Source: an uncultured bacterium
Lineage (GTDB): Bacteria > Hydrothermota > UBA3072 > B12-G15
NCBI GenBank assembly: GCA_964596115.1
Contig: CAZQRW010000004.1
Location: forward strand, 4,500 to 64,326
DNA: 59,827 nt
Direction: 5' to 3'
Positions 59,776 through 59,827 of this stretch are shown piece by piece (the stretch's first letter is position 1; each line of letters starts with the position of its first letter). The notes under the pieces are model-generated. The model was not told where the DNA came from and ran no database searches. It saw only the letters and a program-made list of their open reading frames with translations. Both the position numbers and the translations under genes were made by a program.

Positions 59776-59827
59776 CTTTAACTGGAGGTATATTTTACTA
59801 TTTTTGTGTTGATTTTTAATGAGGCAA

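Overview
An AT-rich bacterial chromosomal segment from a diderm (LolA, outer-membrane barrels, Wza-like exporter), anaerobic, fermentative organism. The four-subunit 2-oxoacid:ferredoxin oxidoreductase, Buk/Ptb, AckA, NfnAB and long SecA insertions would fit an FCB-related candidate lineage such as WOR-3; this is inference only. Housekeeping genes: tsaC, ftsK, lolA, serS, upp, secA, purA, dnaE, ndk. Notable content: (1) a six-gene envelope operon (LPP20-like, TPR+SLH lipoprotein, FlgT-N, soluble FecR, TPR+CsgG+FlgT-C, FadL/PorV-like barrel) resembling a Vibrio FlgT/FlgO/FlgP ring with no flagellar genes nearby; (2) a buk-ptb-fabH-porCDAB operon; (3) an ndk-ackA-nfnAB operon behind a near-consensus Rex box; (4) recurring TTGACA-N16-TAnnnT promoters, many placing the start codon at the predicted +1 (leaderless); (5) envelope proteins with ultra-short, uncharged signal peptides; (6) a six-Cys insertion in SecA; (7) a decayed cation:proton antiporter; (8) a REP-like hairpin and a transposase N-terminal relic at the right edge. 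A truncated outer-membrane protein gene at the left edge is missing from the ORF track. No rRNA, tRNA or CRISPR array was seen. All family assignments are from motif recognition by eye, not database searches.
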